Source of the DNA: a virus
Taxonomy: Duplodnaviria; Caudoviricetes
DNA: 64,000 bases
Virus record (IMG/VR): IMGVR_UViG_3300006133_000325
Direction: 5' to 3' (one strand)
Below the pieces are notes generated by a model that was not told the origin of the DNA, made no database searches, and saw nothing but the letters and a program-made list of their open reading frames with translations. Below are positions 19,062 to 29,408 of this stretch, piece after piece. Position 1 is the stretch's first letter, and each line of letters opens with the position of its first letter. The translations under genes were made by a program, and so were the position numbers.

Positions 19062-20333
19062 CCTTTTGTACCGTTACTTTCGTAATACTTTAACACTTTT
19101 ATCATTTAAAAGTCGGAGTAGACTATACCATCATCGTTGATATTATCTCGGATGTCCATTGGTAGTCGTTGCGAGCTTCCCATGTCTATAAGATTTAGGG
19201 CTATCTCTCAGGATTATCCAATCCTTATTCTTGTTACCATACCATTATATTTAGTAATGCCACATTTCGATTTCTCTAATGCTTGGTAAATAAGGCTCTA
19301 AGAACTTTCCCTGATATTCTGGATTTTCTATACATATCACTATGTATAGCGACTTAAAAAATCTTTTACATACAAATATTCATTATTATCAATTACATAT
19401 TTTCCTATTTGCGAATAAATTTTTTTGAATTTTTTTATTCCAATTTCTTTTTTTGTTAAAAAATCTTTTCTATTATTAAATGTTTCTTTGGTTTGTGGAG
19501 AACAAATGGGGCATTTTTCTGACGTGTATAATGCTTTTAGTAATTCAAAAAATCGGACATCATCATCCAATAGCGATGAATCGAAATAGCGCCAATGCAT
19601 GTCTGCTGCTAATCGCTTTTTGTCTCTCAAAGCTATTGATAAACTGCTTTCGCTTTTAATTCCATATTTTATTTGCGCGTTTGAAATCATATCAAATACT
19701 TCTCCAGTCTCTAAGCATATTATAGCTGTAGCCCTTGGATTGTTTGTTCCAACAGCTAACTTGTTTGTTTTTCTCATTTGACTAAGATGAGCTTTTTGCT
19801 CCTGACTCCATTTGTGGTTGTAATTTGGATTTTTGCATCCGCTTACCAATTTGCTCATTTTATCTCTGAATTCCTTTGATTGATATACACTATCTGGAGC
19901 ATTTCTCAAATCAATCATCTTTTGTCTAAATTCATCATTCTTCCATAGCTTTTTTGAACTATTGGATATAATTTTTCTCTGAATATCATTCATTTTATAT
20001 CCTGATATTCCTTCTCCTCCATCAGTTCTATTCGTAAGCCTATAATTTGTATTGTTTCTATAATATGCAATCAATTCCTTTTCTTTATTAAAAGCTTCAC
20101 TTTCAAATAAACTATCTTCAACTATTCGGACATCACATTCATGAGTATTATACATATCCATAAAAAATTTATTTCTTTTTAATGTTTTGTACCGATTATC
20201 TTTCCCTTTCCCAACATAAAAAACTTCCCCAGTTAGTTTTATAAACCATTCGTAAACATAGTAAACATTTTCTATTTATTTAACATCCCCCTTCAATAAT
20301 ATGTTTAATATATATGTAAAGATTTTTTTGTTA
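19062..20333 (-). ncRNA. Group I intron in dnaE
   Basis: Exon 1 ends in U (GAU), intron ends in G; core elements P (AATATCAGGGAA), Q (AATCCTGAG), R (CTCGCAACGACTACCA) and S (ATGGTATAGTCTA); splicing restores the reading frame. Confidence 0.9.
19340..20275 (-). CDS. Intron-encoded GIY-YIG homing endonuclease with NUMOD3/NUMOD1-like repeats
   Basis: Frame is open upstream of the listed ORF to ATA 20275: YYVYEW...FYVGKG...R; EKELIAYY, LTNRTDGGEG, SGCKNPNYNHKWS, IICLETGEVF. Confidence 0.85.
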   Translation of the reverse strand: MENVYYVYEWFIKLTGEVFYVGKGKDNRYKTLKRNKFFMDMYNTHECDVRIVEDSLFESEAFNKEKELIAYYRNNTNYRLTNRTDGGEGISGYKMNDIQRKIISNSSKKLWKNDEFRQKMIDLRNAPDSVYQSKEFRDKMSKLVSGCKNPNYNHKWSQEQKAHLSQMRKTNKLAVGTNNPRATAIICLETGEVFDMISNAQIKYGIKSESSLSIALRDKKRLAADMHWRYFDSSLLDDDVRFFELLKALYTSEKCPICSPQTKETFNNRKDFLTKKEIGIKKFKKIYSQIGKYVIDNNEYLYVKDFLSRYT

Positions 20334-21668
20334 ATCGGGTAACGATCTTGTCTGTAAAATTCTGGTTTTTGACATAAATCTATCTGGATAAAGCTTAACA
20401 GGCGAGGCAAACCTATCTATATTGCTAAATCCCAAAAGCGAGTTGACATAATAAGAGACACCACTACCTCTACCAGTTTTTGTTACTATTCCCCCTTTCT
20501 CAATTCCTCTTTTGACTAATTTATAATCAATCAAAAAGTAATCTGCCATATGTGTTTCTATAATTGCATCTAACTCATATTTAATTCCTTCTTCGTAAAG
20601 CTTTCTTTTTTCTTCTGGAATAGTATTTTGGATATCATTCCATTTTTCATAAACCAAATTTGTCAACGCAGCATCTTTTTCAGATTGACTCATGGAAAGA
20701 TTACTGGATGGTAATTTTATTTCTTTGTCAAAAAATAATTCATCAAAAGTAAGAATGAGATCTGTATTTTTAATGCATCTATCTATTTCCCTTTCTGTAA
20801 GAACACCCTGCTTTTTTAATCGCTTCCTTACTGTTTCTTCATCAGGATAATCCATATACCATCCAGTCTCTTCATCCTCTTCTTTTGTATATCCCTTTCT
20901 TCTTGTAGAAACATAATTGTTCCGTTCTATATAATCACTTTCTAATATGAAATGGCTGTCATATCCAAAAATAATGTCGATTCCATATTTTTTACTTATA
21001 GAAATAATTCTTTTGTTTAATTTTTTTTGCTCTGGCGTATCATGATATTGTATCTCCAGAAAAAAATTCTCGCCAAAATGTTGATGTAATTTTTCGGTAA
21101 TTTCCTCAATATCATCATATTTCCAATAGGCAATGCAGGCGGTTGTCACGAATACATTTTCAGGTTTAATTCTAAGAAATAATTCTAGATCCAATCTTGG
21201 TTGACCATAATACCCATCAATATTAGCATCAGATAATGCCTCGTTGATGTCTCTTCGTCCCTCTTCATTTTTCGCAAGTAGTATAATATGACAATTGCTT
21301 CTATCTTTTTTTAAAAGAAGGTTTCCATCCTTATCTTTTTTATATTCTCCTGTTTCTTTATCTATAAATGGATATTCTTTCTTTCTATCTTTTACCCAAT
21401 ATGCCTCTGCTCCAAATACAAATTTTAAAAGTGATTTTTCATATTCTTCTTTTGTTATTTCTCCTTTTTCAAATCTTTCCTTTGCCTTATTATTATTTTC
21501 TTGTACTAATTCATATGGTTCATAATAATTCGACTGAAATCCATGCTCTACGCTTGAGATTACTTTCTGTCCTAGGTCTTTCGCCCTTTTTATGTAATCT
21601 TTATAGGAAACAGCACAGTCGGCTACTAGAACATTAGAGTACCAAGTATGCTTATGATAATTCTGGAT
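20334..21668 (-). CDS. dnaE: DNA polymerase III alpha subunit, exon 1 (PHP domain); apparent ATC start
   Basis: Frame is open from ATC 21668: QNYHKHT...EHG...FGAEAY...HIILLAKNEEG...YYGQPR, FLEIQYH, DSHF, GRGSGVS, SLPD. Confidence 0.9.
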
Positions 21669-21697
21669 ATCTTATCACCACCTCTCTGATTGGAATT

Positions 21698-22486
21698 TTA
21701 CGGCTTATACTCGCAAGCACAGTTTCTCATATCGCAAATATTCCAACAAAAATATTTTGAAGGATTTGGCAACCATGTTGTTTCATTTTCAATGGCTTTT
21801 ACTGTAGCTGCTGCCCATTTTTTTGCCTCTTCAAATTCATTGTCGTTAAATTCAACCGTAAGCCATTTTCCTTCCTTAAATAGATTCCATTTTAAGAATT
21901 TTGGTTTCTTTCCATATTCCTCTATCACAGCAATTGAATATAGGTAAAGCTGTCTTTTAAAAGACAAAACATGCCCTTCATCTGTTTTACTCACGTCACC
22001 ATTTTTCTTGAACTTGAGACTTGCACTTTTATGATCCAGTACAGCAATCTCACCTGTTTTCTTATCTTTTAATAATAGGTCGATATAACCAATTAGTTCG
22101 TATCCACCAATTTTAAATTTTACTTCCTTTTCTACTCCTAAAATCTCATATGTGTCCAGCGCCAAGTCAATATTGTCCAGGTACTCAAGCCCTTTCTCAT
22201 AGTAAGACTGTCTAACATCCACATATTTATTACTAGGCGCAGCACATGTTATCGCCTCGTTAAAATGTTCTTCGTAATACCCTGAAATTTCAAATAGCGA
22301 TAATTCTCCTTTTTCGTATTTTTCTAAAATACTATGTAAAAAGCTTCCATATTGTCCAAAAAAATTTGATTCACCTTCGTTACACTGAACGTATTTCAAC
22401 CAAAACCCATATGGACACTGATGGTAACTTTGCAGCCTCGAGAATGACCAAACCATAGTATCAATCACAAATCTGTCTTCGTTCAT
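21698..22486 (-). CDS. PD-(D/E)XK nuclease (Cas4/AddB-like)
   Basis: WSFSRL..YHQCP, GSFLHSILE, GYIDLL, VLDHKS, QLYLYS, C-terminal C..ICDMRNC.C. Confidence 0.88.
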   Translation of the reverse strand: MNEDRFVIDTMVWSFSRLQSYHQCPYGFWLKYVQCNEGESNFFGQYGSFLHSILEKYEKGELSLFEISGYYEEHFNEAITCAAPSNKYVDVRQSYYEKGLEYLDNIDLALDTYEILGVEKEVKFKIGGYELIGYIDLLLKDKKTGEIAVLDHKSASLKFKKNGDVSKTDEGHVLSFKRQLYLYSIAVIEEYGKKPKFLKWNLFKEGKWLTVEFNDNEFEEAKKWAAATVKAIENETTWLPNPSKYFCWNICDMRNCACEYKP

Positions 22487-22498
22487 ATTTCACCCCCA

Positions 22499-24424
22499 TT
22501 ATTTATCTGGAAAAATATCTTCAGGACTTGGATGCAAACGATCTGTATAGGGAAGCCTATCCGCATAAACCTTCTTATCCCAGGCAAATTTCTTATCATA
22601 TTCGGCATAATCCGTATAAAATCTTCTTGATGTTATGTCATACCATAATCCTAGCTGAAAATCGGTTTTCCCTAACAATCTGTCTTTGATTACAGTTAAA
22701 ACAACATCATATTTGCCCCATTTTGCTTTTGGATCTTCCTTTTCTTTTTTGGATGTTCTACGTAAACCGATTGACCGCATAGCAAGATTGATAATATTAG
22801 ATGAACCAGAAATATCATACATTTCGATATCAGAATTAGTATCCTGTGTCTTTCTTGGATGGGCAATCAATACTACCGCAACATTAAATTTCGCTGCAAA
22901 TTTTATCAGGCGGTTAATAAAATTCGTTTGTTCTGTATTTTTATCGCTTTCCGAACAATTCAGGTCGATCATCATAAGATTATCCAAAACAATCAATTTG
23001 CACCCGAACTTCCTAACACATTCTTCCGCAGATTTCATAACAGAATCTACGTCGTTCGGCTCATCATCCCTATAAATAAACAATTTTTTATTATAGAAAT
23101 CCTGTAATATCTTTTTTGTCTTATAAGGGACTATATAATATTTCTTGCCTTCTGAAGTAGAATGTTCCTCCATATTTCTTCGCCCAGCAATGATAGTGTT
23201 AAACCAGTTGGCAGACATCCTTTCTGGCATTTCTTTTGAAAAGAGAAATACAGCACTTCCGCTATCTATGGTTTCTGCTATTGTTTGATCTATAATACTT
23301 GTCTTTCCACTTCCTGGCCTGCCAGACAATATTGTTAATGTACCATAAAATATTTTCAGTAATTCGTTATCTAAAGGCTTAATTCCTGTTTTTACCCCTT
23401 CCATTTGGGATATATCCAACTCTTCAATTTCGGAATAATCAATCACGCTTTTTACCGGAACATCTTTTGCTTCTGATATTAAGCCCATTACATAACTAGC
23501 TCCTCCAGCCTGCAAACAATCATTGATATCATTAAGCAAAAACTTCTTGCCATCCTTATCTATGTAGTGAGTAGGAGTTTCGATATATTTCGTTCGCCAT
23601 GTCCCCAGCCTATAGATACATTCTTTTCTCATCTTAATTCCGGCCTCATCATTATCAGACCAAATTATGATGGAATCAAATAAATCTAGCCAGTCCCAAT
23701 TTTCTTCAATCCAATGAAGATTCCCAGCCCCAAGAGGTACGCTAACGGTATTCAAATATCCGGCTTCAATAGCACTGGCACAGTCTGTCTCCCCCTCTGT
23801 AATAAGCAAAGGCTTTGCTGGATTTACTCTGTTCATATTAAACAATATCGAGGAAGTGTCGGAATCTTTTTGACACCATGTTTTACTTTGTCCAGAATGT
23901 TTATCAATTGTTCTTGCAGGACGATATTTTACCATTGTCAAAACATCGTTCGTATCATAAAAATTAAAAACGCCATTCCCATGTTTGTCCTCTCGTATAT
24001 CTAAGTAGTCAATCACGTTTTTTGATATGCCGCGCCTTCCCCAGTACTCAAGTACTTTCCTTCTATCATTGATAGGTTCTTCATGTGGATATCTATAGTT
24101 ATATTTTGTTTTTACATTTTTCTCTCCAAAACTGTATTCGATTCCTACTCTTTCAAATAAGTATTTTGAAGCCTCTAAAAATGTATTACCCTTTTCCATT
24201 AACACATCAATAATATCCACAGTCTTGTTACAACCAAAGCAATGCCAATTATACTTTTTCTTGTTATAAATAAAGCTTGCAGTATCTTCATCATGATAAG
24301 GACAACATGCTTTTAAATTTTTTCTATCAAAATCATCAAGCTCCAGTAATTCTGCCATAATAAATGCGTTTTCGTCGCCTAATTTCTCTTTTGCCTTTTC
24401 TATTTCATTCCTTTCAATGATCAA
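22499..24424 (-). CDS. Primase-helicase (Zn finger + TOPRIM + DnaB/SF4, T7 gp4/Twinkle-like)
   Basis: CCPYH...HCFGC, ITEGETD, DNDEAG, GRPGSGKT, IVLDNL, LIAHPRK, ISGSSNI. Confidence 0.92.
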   Translation of the reverse strand: MIIERNEIEKAKEKLGDENAFIMAELLELDDFDRKNLKACCPYHDEDTASFIYNKKKYNWHCFGCNKTVDIIDVLMEKGNTFLEASKYLFERVGIEYSFGEKNVKTKYNYRYPHEEPINDRRKVLEYWGRRGISKNVIDYLDIREDKHGNGVFNFYDTNDVLTMVKYRPARTIDKHSGQSKTWCQKDSDTSSILFNMNRVNPAKPLLITEGETDCASAIEAGYLNTVSVPLGAGNLHWIEENWDWLDLFDSIIIWSDNDEAGIKMRKECIYRLGTWRTKYIETPTHYIDKDGKKFLLNDINDCLQAGGASYVMGLISEAKDVPVKSVIDYSEIEELDISQMEGVKTGIKPLDNELLKIFYGTLTILSGRPGSGKTSIIDQTIAETIDSGSAVFLFSKEMPERMSANWFNTIIAGRRNMEEHSTSEGKKYYIVPYKTKKILQDFYNKKLFIYRDDEPNDVDSVMKSAEECVRKFGCKLIVLDNLMMIDLNCSESDKNTEQTNFINRLIKFAAKFNVAVVLIAHPRKTQDTNSDIEMYDISGSSNIINLAMRSIGLRRTSKKEKEDPKAKWGKYDVVLTVIKDRLLGKTDFQLGLWYDITSRRFYTDYAEYDKKFAWDKKVYADRLPYTDRLHPSPEDIFPDK

Positions 24425-24780
24425 TTACGTTTCCACCCGCCTCTATTTTTCTCCCAGAAAAGTTTTCTAATGCCATATAAAATTTGCACAGGCTTATCGG
24501 AATAATATTTCTTTGATGTTTCAATATTTTTCTTAATAAATTCTAGTGGAACCTGATTTTTAAATACCAAAATATTGATAATTCGCATTGCTATTGGATA
24601 TTGTTCTTTATCTTCTATATATTCCATATACATAGCAACGCAATCCTTTATCTCCTGTTTTATTGCTGCACAATCCCAATGATAATGCTTTTTGTTCATT
24701 ACCACGGATTCAGAGGCTTTTACTCTGTTTCCGTGGTGTAAGCAGTATTTGTATGCACAGACATATTCTTTATCTGCCAT
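24421..24780 (-). CDS. Hypothetical replication-associated protein (Cys/His N-terminus)
   Basis: CAYKYC...HYHWDC; lies between ssb and primase. Confidence 0.65.
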   Translation of the reverse strand: MADKEYVCAYKYCLHHGNRVKASESVVMNKKHYHWDCAAIKQEIKDCVAMYMEYIEDKEQYPIAMRIINILVFKNQVPLEFIKKNIETSKKYYSDKPVQILYGIRKLFWEKNRGGWKRN

Positions 24781-24788
24781 ATTTTCTC

Positions 24789-25208
24789 CTAATTAAATGG
24801 TAATTCCTCATCAATACCATCTGGAATATTGAAAAAACCATCCGAAGGTTGAGTTGATGTATTACCTCCTGTTCCATTAGAAGCATTATTATTCTTGCTT
24901 TCAACAAACTCTGCTTCCTCTACAACAACATCTGTCGTATATACCTTGGTTCCGTCTTGCTTTGTATAATTGCCGGTTTGAATACGACCAGAAATACCTA
25001 TCATCATACCTTTTGTAAAGTATTTGTTGATAAATTCCGCAGTTTTATGAAAAGCCACACAACTAATAAAATCTGCGTCATAATTACCTTCTGAATTTTT
25101 AAAACGTCTGTTTACTGCAATGGAGAAGCGTGTTACCACGCTATCCCCTTGAGTGTTTCTGCTTTCCGGATCTCTTGTTAAACGTCCAACAATCATTACT
25201 TTATTCAT
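24789..25208 (-). CDS. ssb: Single-stranded DNA-binding protein
   Basis: MNKVMIVGRLTRDPE...ADFISCVAF...GRIQT...DEELPFN. Confidence 0.97.
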   Translation of the reverse strand: MNKVMIVGRLTRDPESRNTQGDSVVTRFSIAVNRRFKNSEGNYDADFISCVAFHKTAEFINKYFTKGMMIGISGRIQTGNYTKQDGTKVYTTDVVVEEAEFVESKNNNASNGTGGNTSTQPSDGFFNIPDGIDEELPFN

Positions 25209-25227
25209 AAATTAATTCCTCCTCTAA

Positions 25228-26190
25228 TTACGCAATCGGCTTTAATGTTTTTAGTTTTTCCAAACAATCTTTTGCCTTATCAAAGTCACGAAGTGCGTTT
25301 GGATTCCCACTAGCGGTAAATTTTTTCAATTCAGCCATAAGTTCTTCGTTCTTAGTACCTCCCAAGTCAGTACATAATGCAACAATTTCTTTTTTTACAG
25401 TAGCAAGATCATCTTGATATGTAGACTGTGTGCCTCCTTCAGATTCATCCCTTCCTCTTACTGGCGGGGTATATCCTTCACCGGAATTCGCCCATTTAAT
25501 AATTCTTTCTCCATAATCTTCACTTAAAAGAGTTGCAACCTCATTCTCAAAAATATGAGTATTATCTTTTTGAGCTTCCGCCATGCTTGTTTTTTGATCG
25601 ATTAGAAATGTGCAAGTAAACTCATATTCAAATCCATCACGCTGTTTCGCACCAACTCCAAGTTTCTGCACAGATGTTTTTCCGTTGTTATCCTTTGTCA
25701 TCTCATACTGGTCTTTTCCTCGCATGGTAGCAATAATATGTAGTGGAGAATCTGCGATTGCTTCGATAAATTTATTATGACGAGGAGTAATGTTTTTCCA
25801 GTTCTGGTATTGCCCGCCAGCTTGTTGATGAAGTTCAAGACATCCGCCTCTTCCTTCCCATTCGTGTGAGGATGAATCAATAATTAAAATATCGTATCCC
25901 TTTTCTACGGCAAAATTGATAAAGTCAACATACTTCTCTGGATTATGAGGAGCTTCAATGTCTACGATATCGTATTTAAACTCATTTGCATAATAATACC
26001 CACGTTTTTGCTCCGTATTCCCTAGTAAAATTTTTGCCTTCTTTCCGGTTTCTTGTTCAATTTCACGAGCCATCCCAGTTGCAAGCCTAAGTGCTGAATA
26101 AGTCTTTCCTCCACCGCTCGGAGCCATTAACGCAATTTTACAATAGATCTTTTCTCTTTTCGCTTCCTTAATTTCAAAACTATATCCCAT
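25228..26190 (-). CDS. AAA_24 ATPase, Sak4-like phage recombinase
   Basis: ALMAPSGGGKTYSAL, LIIDSSSHEW, HIIATMRGK, QRDGFEYEF; next to ssb. Confidence 0.8.
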   Translation of the reverse strand: MGYSFEIKEAKREKIYCKIALMAPSGGGKTYSALRLATGMAREIEQETGKKAKILLGNTEQKRGYYYANEFKYDIVDIEAPHNPEKYVDFINFAVEKGYDILIIDSSSHEWEGRGGCLELHQQAGGQYQNWKNITPRHNKFIEAIADSPLHIIATMRGKDQYEMTKDNNGKTSVQKLGVGAKQRDGFEYEFTCTFLIDQKTSMAEAQKDNTHIFENEVATLLSEDYGERIIKWANSGEGYTPPVRGRDESEGGTQSTYQDDLATVKKEIVALCTDLGGTKNEELMAELKKFTASGNPNALRDFDKAKDCLEKLKTLKPIA

Positions 26191-26236
26191 TCCATTTCCT
26201 CCTATAAAATAATTGTTTGCCTATTTTTTATATGAA

Positions 26237-26402
26237 CAGCCTTTTAAGCTGGAACATAAAGTAACTCTATATAAAAATCTATCTAAACAGTGATTTTTGG
26301 CATAACTTAACCAAGGGTATGCTGTTTTACCACCCAACGAATACAGCGATTCAGTTGTCACAATAGAGAGTTTTACGATATTAGATAGAAATTATGTTTT
26401 CC
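26237..26402 (-). ncRNA. Candidate structured RNA with two pseudoknots upstream of the AAA_24 gene
   Basis: Several complementary segment pairs, with two sets crossing (see findings). Confidence 0.6.
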
Positions 26403-26406
26403 TTAT

Positions 26407-26438
26407 CCGCTTTGTAGCTATAAAAATCTACAAAGCGG
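26407..26438. terminator. Hairpin downstream of the metallophosphoesterase
   Basis: CCGCTTTGTAG...CTACAAAGCGG perfect 11-bp stem. Confidence 0.6.
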
Positions 26439-26450
26439 TTTTGATAAGAT

Positions 26451-27212
26451 TCAAAGAATCCTTATAATCTGTTCGTAAATGCAGGTAGCTCTCTCCCAAT
26501 AGAAATTAACATTTTCGTGCATATGCCCAAATATCCATTGCTTATATTCAATCGTTTGTTTAATTTTCTGTAAATAGTCTGTAAATCTATCTCTCTCGTA
26601 CAAACCAGAACCGCCATCCATTTGACTTAGCAATGATGTGTAAGGGCTATGAGTAATAATGTAATCTACCTTGTAATTCTGCTTTTTGAGGTTATTTAGT
26701 CCCTCTTCCATTTCTTCTTCATTTGGCAACTCTCTTTCCCACCAGCTCACATGATTGATCCGATACAAAGCAAAAGGATCTTTATCTAATCTTTTCTTCT
26801 TTTCTTTAAAGCTTGGATCATCTGGTTCTAAGATACCTGCAGAAATATCATGGCTGCTTGCTCCACCAAAGGTAAAGAATGATTTTCCACTGATATTAAA
26901 AATCTGTCCTCTCATAAGGTGAATTACTGATGGACGAATAAAATTAACTTTTCCTCCATACCATTCTTCCACTGGTAAGCTATCTAAAATGTCATAATTC
27001 TCATGATTTCCTGATACGAACAATGTAGTAAATGACTTATTTTCCAACCAATCTAAATTGTACTTCTCTCTATTAGAATTATCCCAAATACCAAAGTCAC
27101 CTGCTATTATAACATAATCATCTTTTGACATTTCCTTTTGTTCCGGAAAAGAATCCATCTTCAATCTGTTCATCCAGTCACCATGTGTATCTCCTGTAAC
27201 CCAAACCGCCAT
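26451..27212 (-). CDS. Calcineurin-like metallophosphoesterase
   Basis: GDTHG, AGDFG, GNHEN, ITHS, FGHMH. Confidence 0.92.
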   Translation of the reverse strand: MAVWVTGDTHGDWMNRLKMDSFPEQKEMSKDDYVIIAGDFGIWDNSNREKYNLDWLENKSFTTLFVSGNHENYDILDSLPVEEWYGGKVNFIRPSVIHLMRGQIFNISGKSFFTFGGASSHDISAGILEPDDPSFKEKKKRLDKDPFALYRINHVSWWERELPNEEEMEEGLNNLKKQNYKVDYIITHSPYTSLLSQMDGGSGLYERDRFTDYLQKIKQTIEYKQWIFGHMHENVNFYWERATCIYEQIIRIL

Positions 27213-27282
27213 TTTATTTAACTCCTTTTACTCTATAATTCAAATTCCTATAATATTTTCATTATCTTTTTCTCTCTTCTTC

Positions 27283-27684
27283 TTAATCAATTCTTTCTAC
27301 ATTCACTGGAAGCCACATATTCGGATTGAAATTTAAAGTATATCTATATTTTGAAACAGCATTTGCTCCTAAATTTAGATCTTCAACAATATAAGTCACA
27401 TTATCACTTAACCCCACAAAGTGCTTTACATATGTACCACCATCTTCAACGAGGATTTCGAGCTGATTATCATCTACATCTGCCGTGATCGACATTTTTC
27501 CAGTCATTTGAAACAATACGTCTCCTTCTATACAGTTAATAACGGTCAACTGCCGCACCACATTAAAATTATCCGCCTGTTTGGTCAAGTTATAATTAAC
27601 TCTATCCGCCTCTGAATCACATCCTGCTAACAACCCTGTCATCATAAACACTAACAAAACTAAAAAACAAAGATTTCTTTTCAT
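27283..27684 (-). CDS. Phage lipoprotein
   Basis: Signal peptide with lipobox LAGC; ADRVNYNLTKQADNFNVVRQLTVIN typical of a common phage lipoprotein family. Confidence 0.8.
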   Translation of the reverse strand: MKRNLCFLVLLVFMMTGLLAGCDSEADRVNYNLTKQADNFNVVRQLTVINCIEGDVLFQMTGKMSITADVDDNQLEILVEDGGTYVKHFVGLSDNVTYIVEDLNLGANAVSKYRYTLNFNPNMWLPVNVERID

Positions 27685-27739
27685 GACATAATTTCTCCTT
27701 TTATCTTGTATTTTTACAAAAATGTTACTAATTCATTTT

Positions 27740-27895
27740 GATACGGATAAATGGATTCAGTGCTTGTATATGTTCATTTCTATTTCCGACACGCCTTGCT
27801 AGAGGTTATGCGCACTAACTCAAAGGAGTGTATCGTTCGTGTTTATATTTTTGCGTCTTATCCTGCTATTATCCGTATCCGTTTTGGCTGAATGA
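27740..27895 (+). other. Candidate type I toxin-like cassette (folded mRNA plus 18-aa hydrophobic ORF 27839..27895)
   Basis: GATACGGATAA/TTATCCGTATC closing stem; ACACGCCTT pairs with the RBS AAGGAGTGT; ORF MFIFLRLILLLSVSVLAE. Confidence 0.4.
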
Positions 27896-28005
27896 GTACA
27901 AGATAATTTTTCTATCTTTTAGAAAAACTAAATTGAGCCTTAAATTTCATCCATTTAATCATGAGGAACTTACTTCATGAACCAGTTAGATTTTGATACT
28001 TACTT

Positions 28006-28719
28006 CTAGTAAATAATACCAATACTACGCATATATCCCTCCTCTAAATCTAAAACAGTTTCAATAGCTGACTTGTCCACGTTACATCTTTCTGCAATGA
28101 AGTTAATTGCTTCACCAAAATCATATACAATTTCTTTATCTTCTACATTATCCATTTTATTATCCTCTTTTCCTTCTTTGTTTTTCTTCTTGTTACTATA
28201 CTTATCCCCATACAAATGAAATTTGAGTTCCATACGTTCATTATCTTCAATATCTTCTAAACTAAAGAAATCTTCTATTTTCTTTCCGTCTGCAATTATA
28301 AGATACAAATTCCCTGGTTTACTTAGATATGTTTTTTGTGCTTCATTTGAATTATCGTCGTCTCCTACCCAATTAGCCAAATAGTCATAAGACTCTATAC
28401 AGGCCATTTGCTCTTCTTTTGCATATGGTTTCTCAAATTCAAGCCGAATACTTGTTATGTCATTATATTCTTTAATCCTGTCAAATGTCATTTGCTTAAA
28501 GTTCTCAACTTCATTCCCGAATTCATACCTTTCCTTATTTGCATCTTTATGTATTTCAATAATTATCGTATGCGCTATATTGATTTTATCTATTGAATTA
28601 CAAGCAATTCTTCTAACAGAAGGCCTAATATCTTCTACGCAAAATTCACCTATATATTTGCCATCTATTTTTATGGTGTCGCAATTCTCAAATGTTAATT
28701 CTACATATTTTAACCTCAA
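28006..28719 (-). CDS. Hypothetical protein (possibly two fused genes)
   Basis: ORF; internal GAGG..ATG (MDNVEDK) suggests a second cistron. Confidence 0.65.
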   Translation of the reverse strand: MRLKYVELTFENCDTIKIDGKYIGEFCVEDIRPSVRRIACNSIDKINIAHTIIIEIHKDANKERYEFGNEVENFKQMTFDRIKEYNDITSIRLEFEKPYAKEEQMACIESYDYLANWVGDDDNSNEAQKTYLSKPGNLYLIIADGKKIEDFFSLEDIEDNERMELKFHLYGDKYSNKKKNKEGKEDNKMDNVEDKEIVYDFGEAINFIAERCNVDKSAIETVLDLEEGYMRSIGIIY

Positions 28720-28736
28720 TTTTTATCCTCCCTATA

Positions 28737-29051
28737 TTACCCAATTGTAAATCCACAAAAACTCTCTACAAAATCAGGCTCTTCAATTTGCTTATACTGT
28801 TCTTCTTCTTGCTTATATTCAAACCACCATCTTTTATGTGATGGATTATATATCCCTTCATCACATTCTTCGATAAGTGCATATTGATAACAAGTTTCAT
28901 TTATGTCGCAATTATTTTCTATTACAGATGAATAAGCATCTTCAAACTTAGAATACCATCCTACTAACCTGCTCGAGCCAAATTCCGGAAATTTTGACGT
29001 AGCATTGAAGCTTAAATCGGTCATTACCATAATAGTATATATTTTACTCAC
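28737..29051 (-). CDS. Hypothetical protein
   Basis: ORF with GAGGAG RBS. Confidence 0.65.
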   Translation of the reverse strand: MSKIYTIMVMTDLSFNATSKFPEFGSSRLVGWYSKFEDAYSSVIENNCDINETCYQYALIEECDEGIYNPSHKRWWFEYKQEEEQYKQIEEPDFVESFCGFTIG

Positions 29052-29063
29052 AATATTCTCCTC

Positions 29064-29306
29064 TTAATATCTAATATTCCTTTCAAGATTCACTGTTCCA
29101 CTCCATTTCTTACAGCAAACTTTAGTCTCTATAAACACATTCTCTCTTTCTGAAATTTTTGAGATATCGTTTAATGCTTGTTGTATTCCTTTCTTATATC
29201 TACACACATCTTCTTTGTTACAAGTATCACATACCTTATTGCTTTTTGTAGACGGAAAAACTCTGGGTGGTACTGGAATATTTATATTGCGAATATCAAA
29301 TGCCAC
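29064..29306 (-). CDS. Hypothetical protein (CxxC)
   Basis: ORF with GGAGG RBS. Confidence 0.6.
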   Translation of the reverse strand: MAFDIRNINIPVPPRVFPSTKSNKVCDTCNKEDVCRYKKGIQQALNDISKISERENVFIETKVCCKKWSGTVNLERNIRY

Positions 29307-29408
29307 TTAACATACCTCCTCATAGATATATTCTCTTTTTATTTCATGTTTATAATAGAAATTGAAATTGAAGTTATCATTTAAGTCGCCATGAAGAATA
29401 TTTAATAA

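Noticed and set aside
21698-22486. CRISPR-associated Cas4 or a CRISPR locus
   Set aside because: No repeat-spacer array or other cas genes seen; it is a standard phage replication-module exonuclease.
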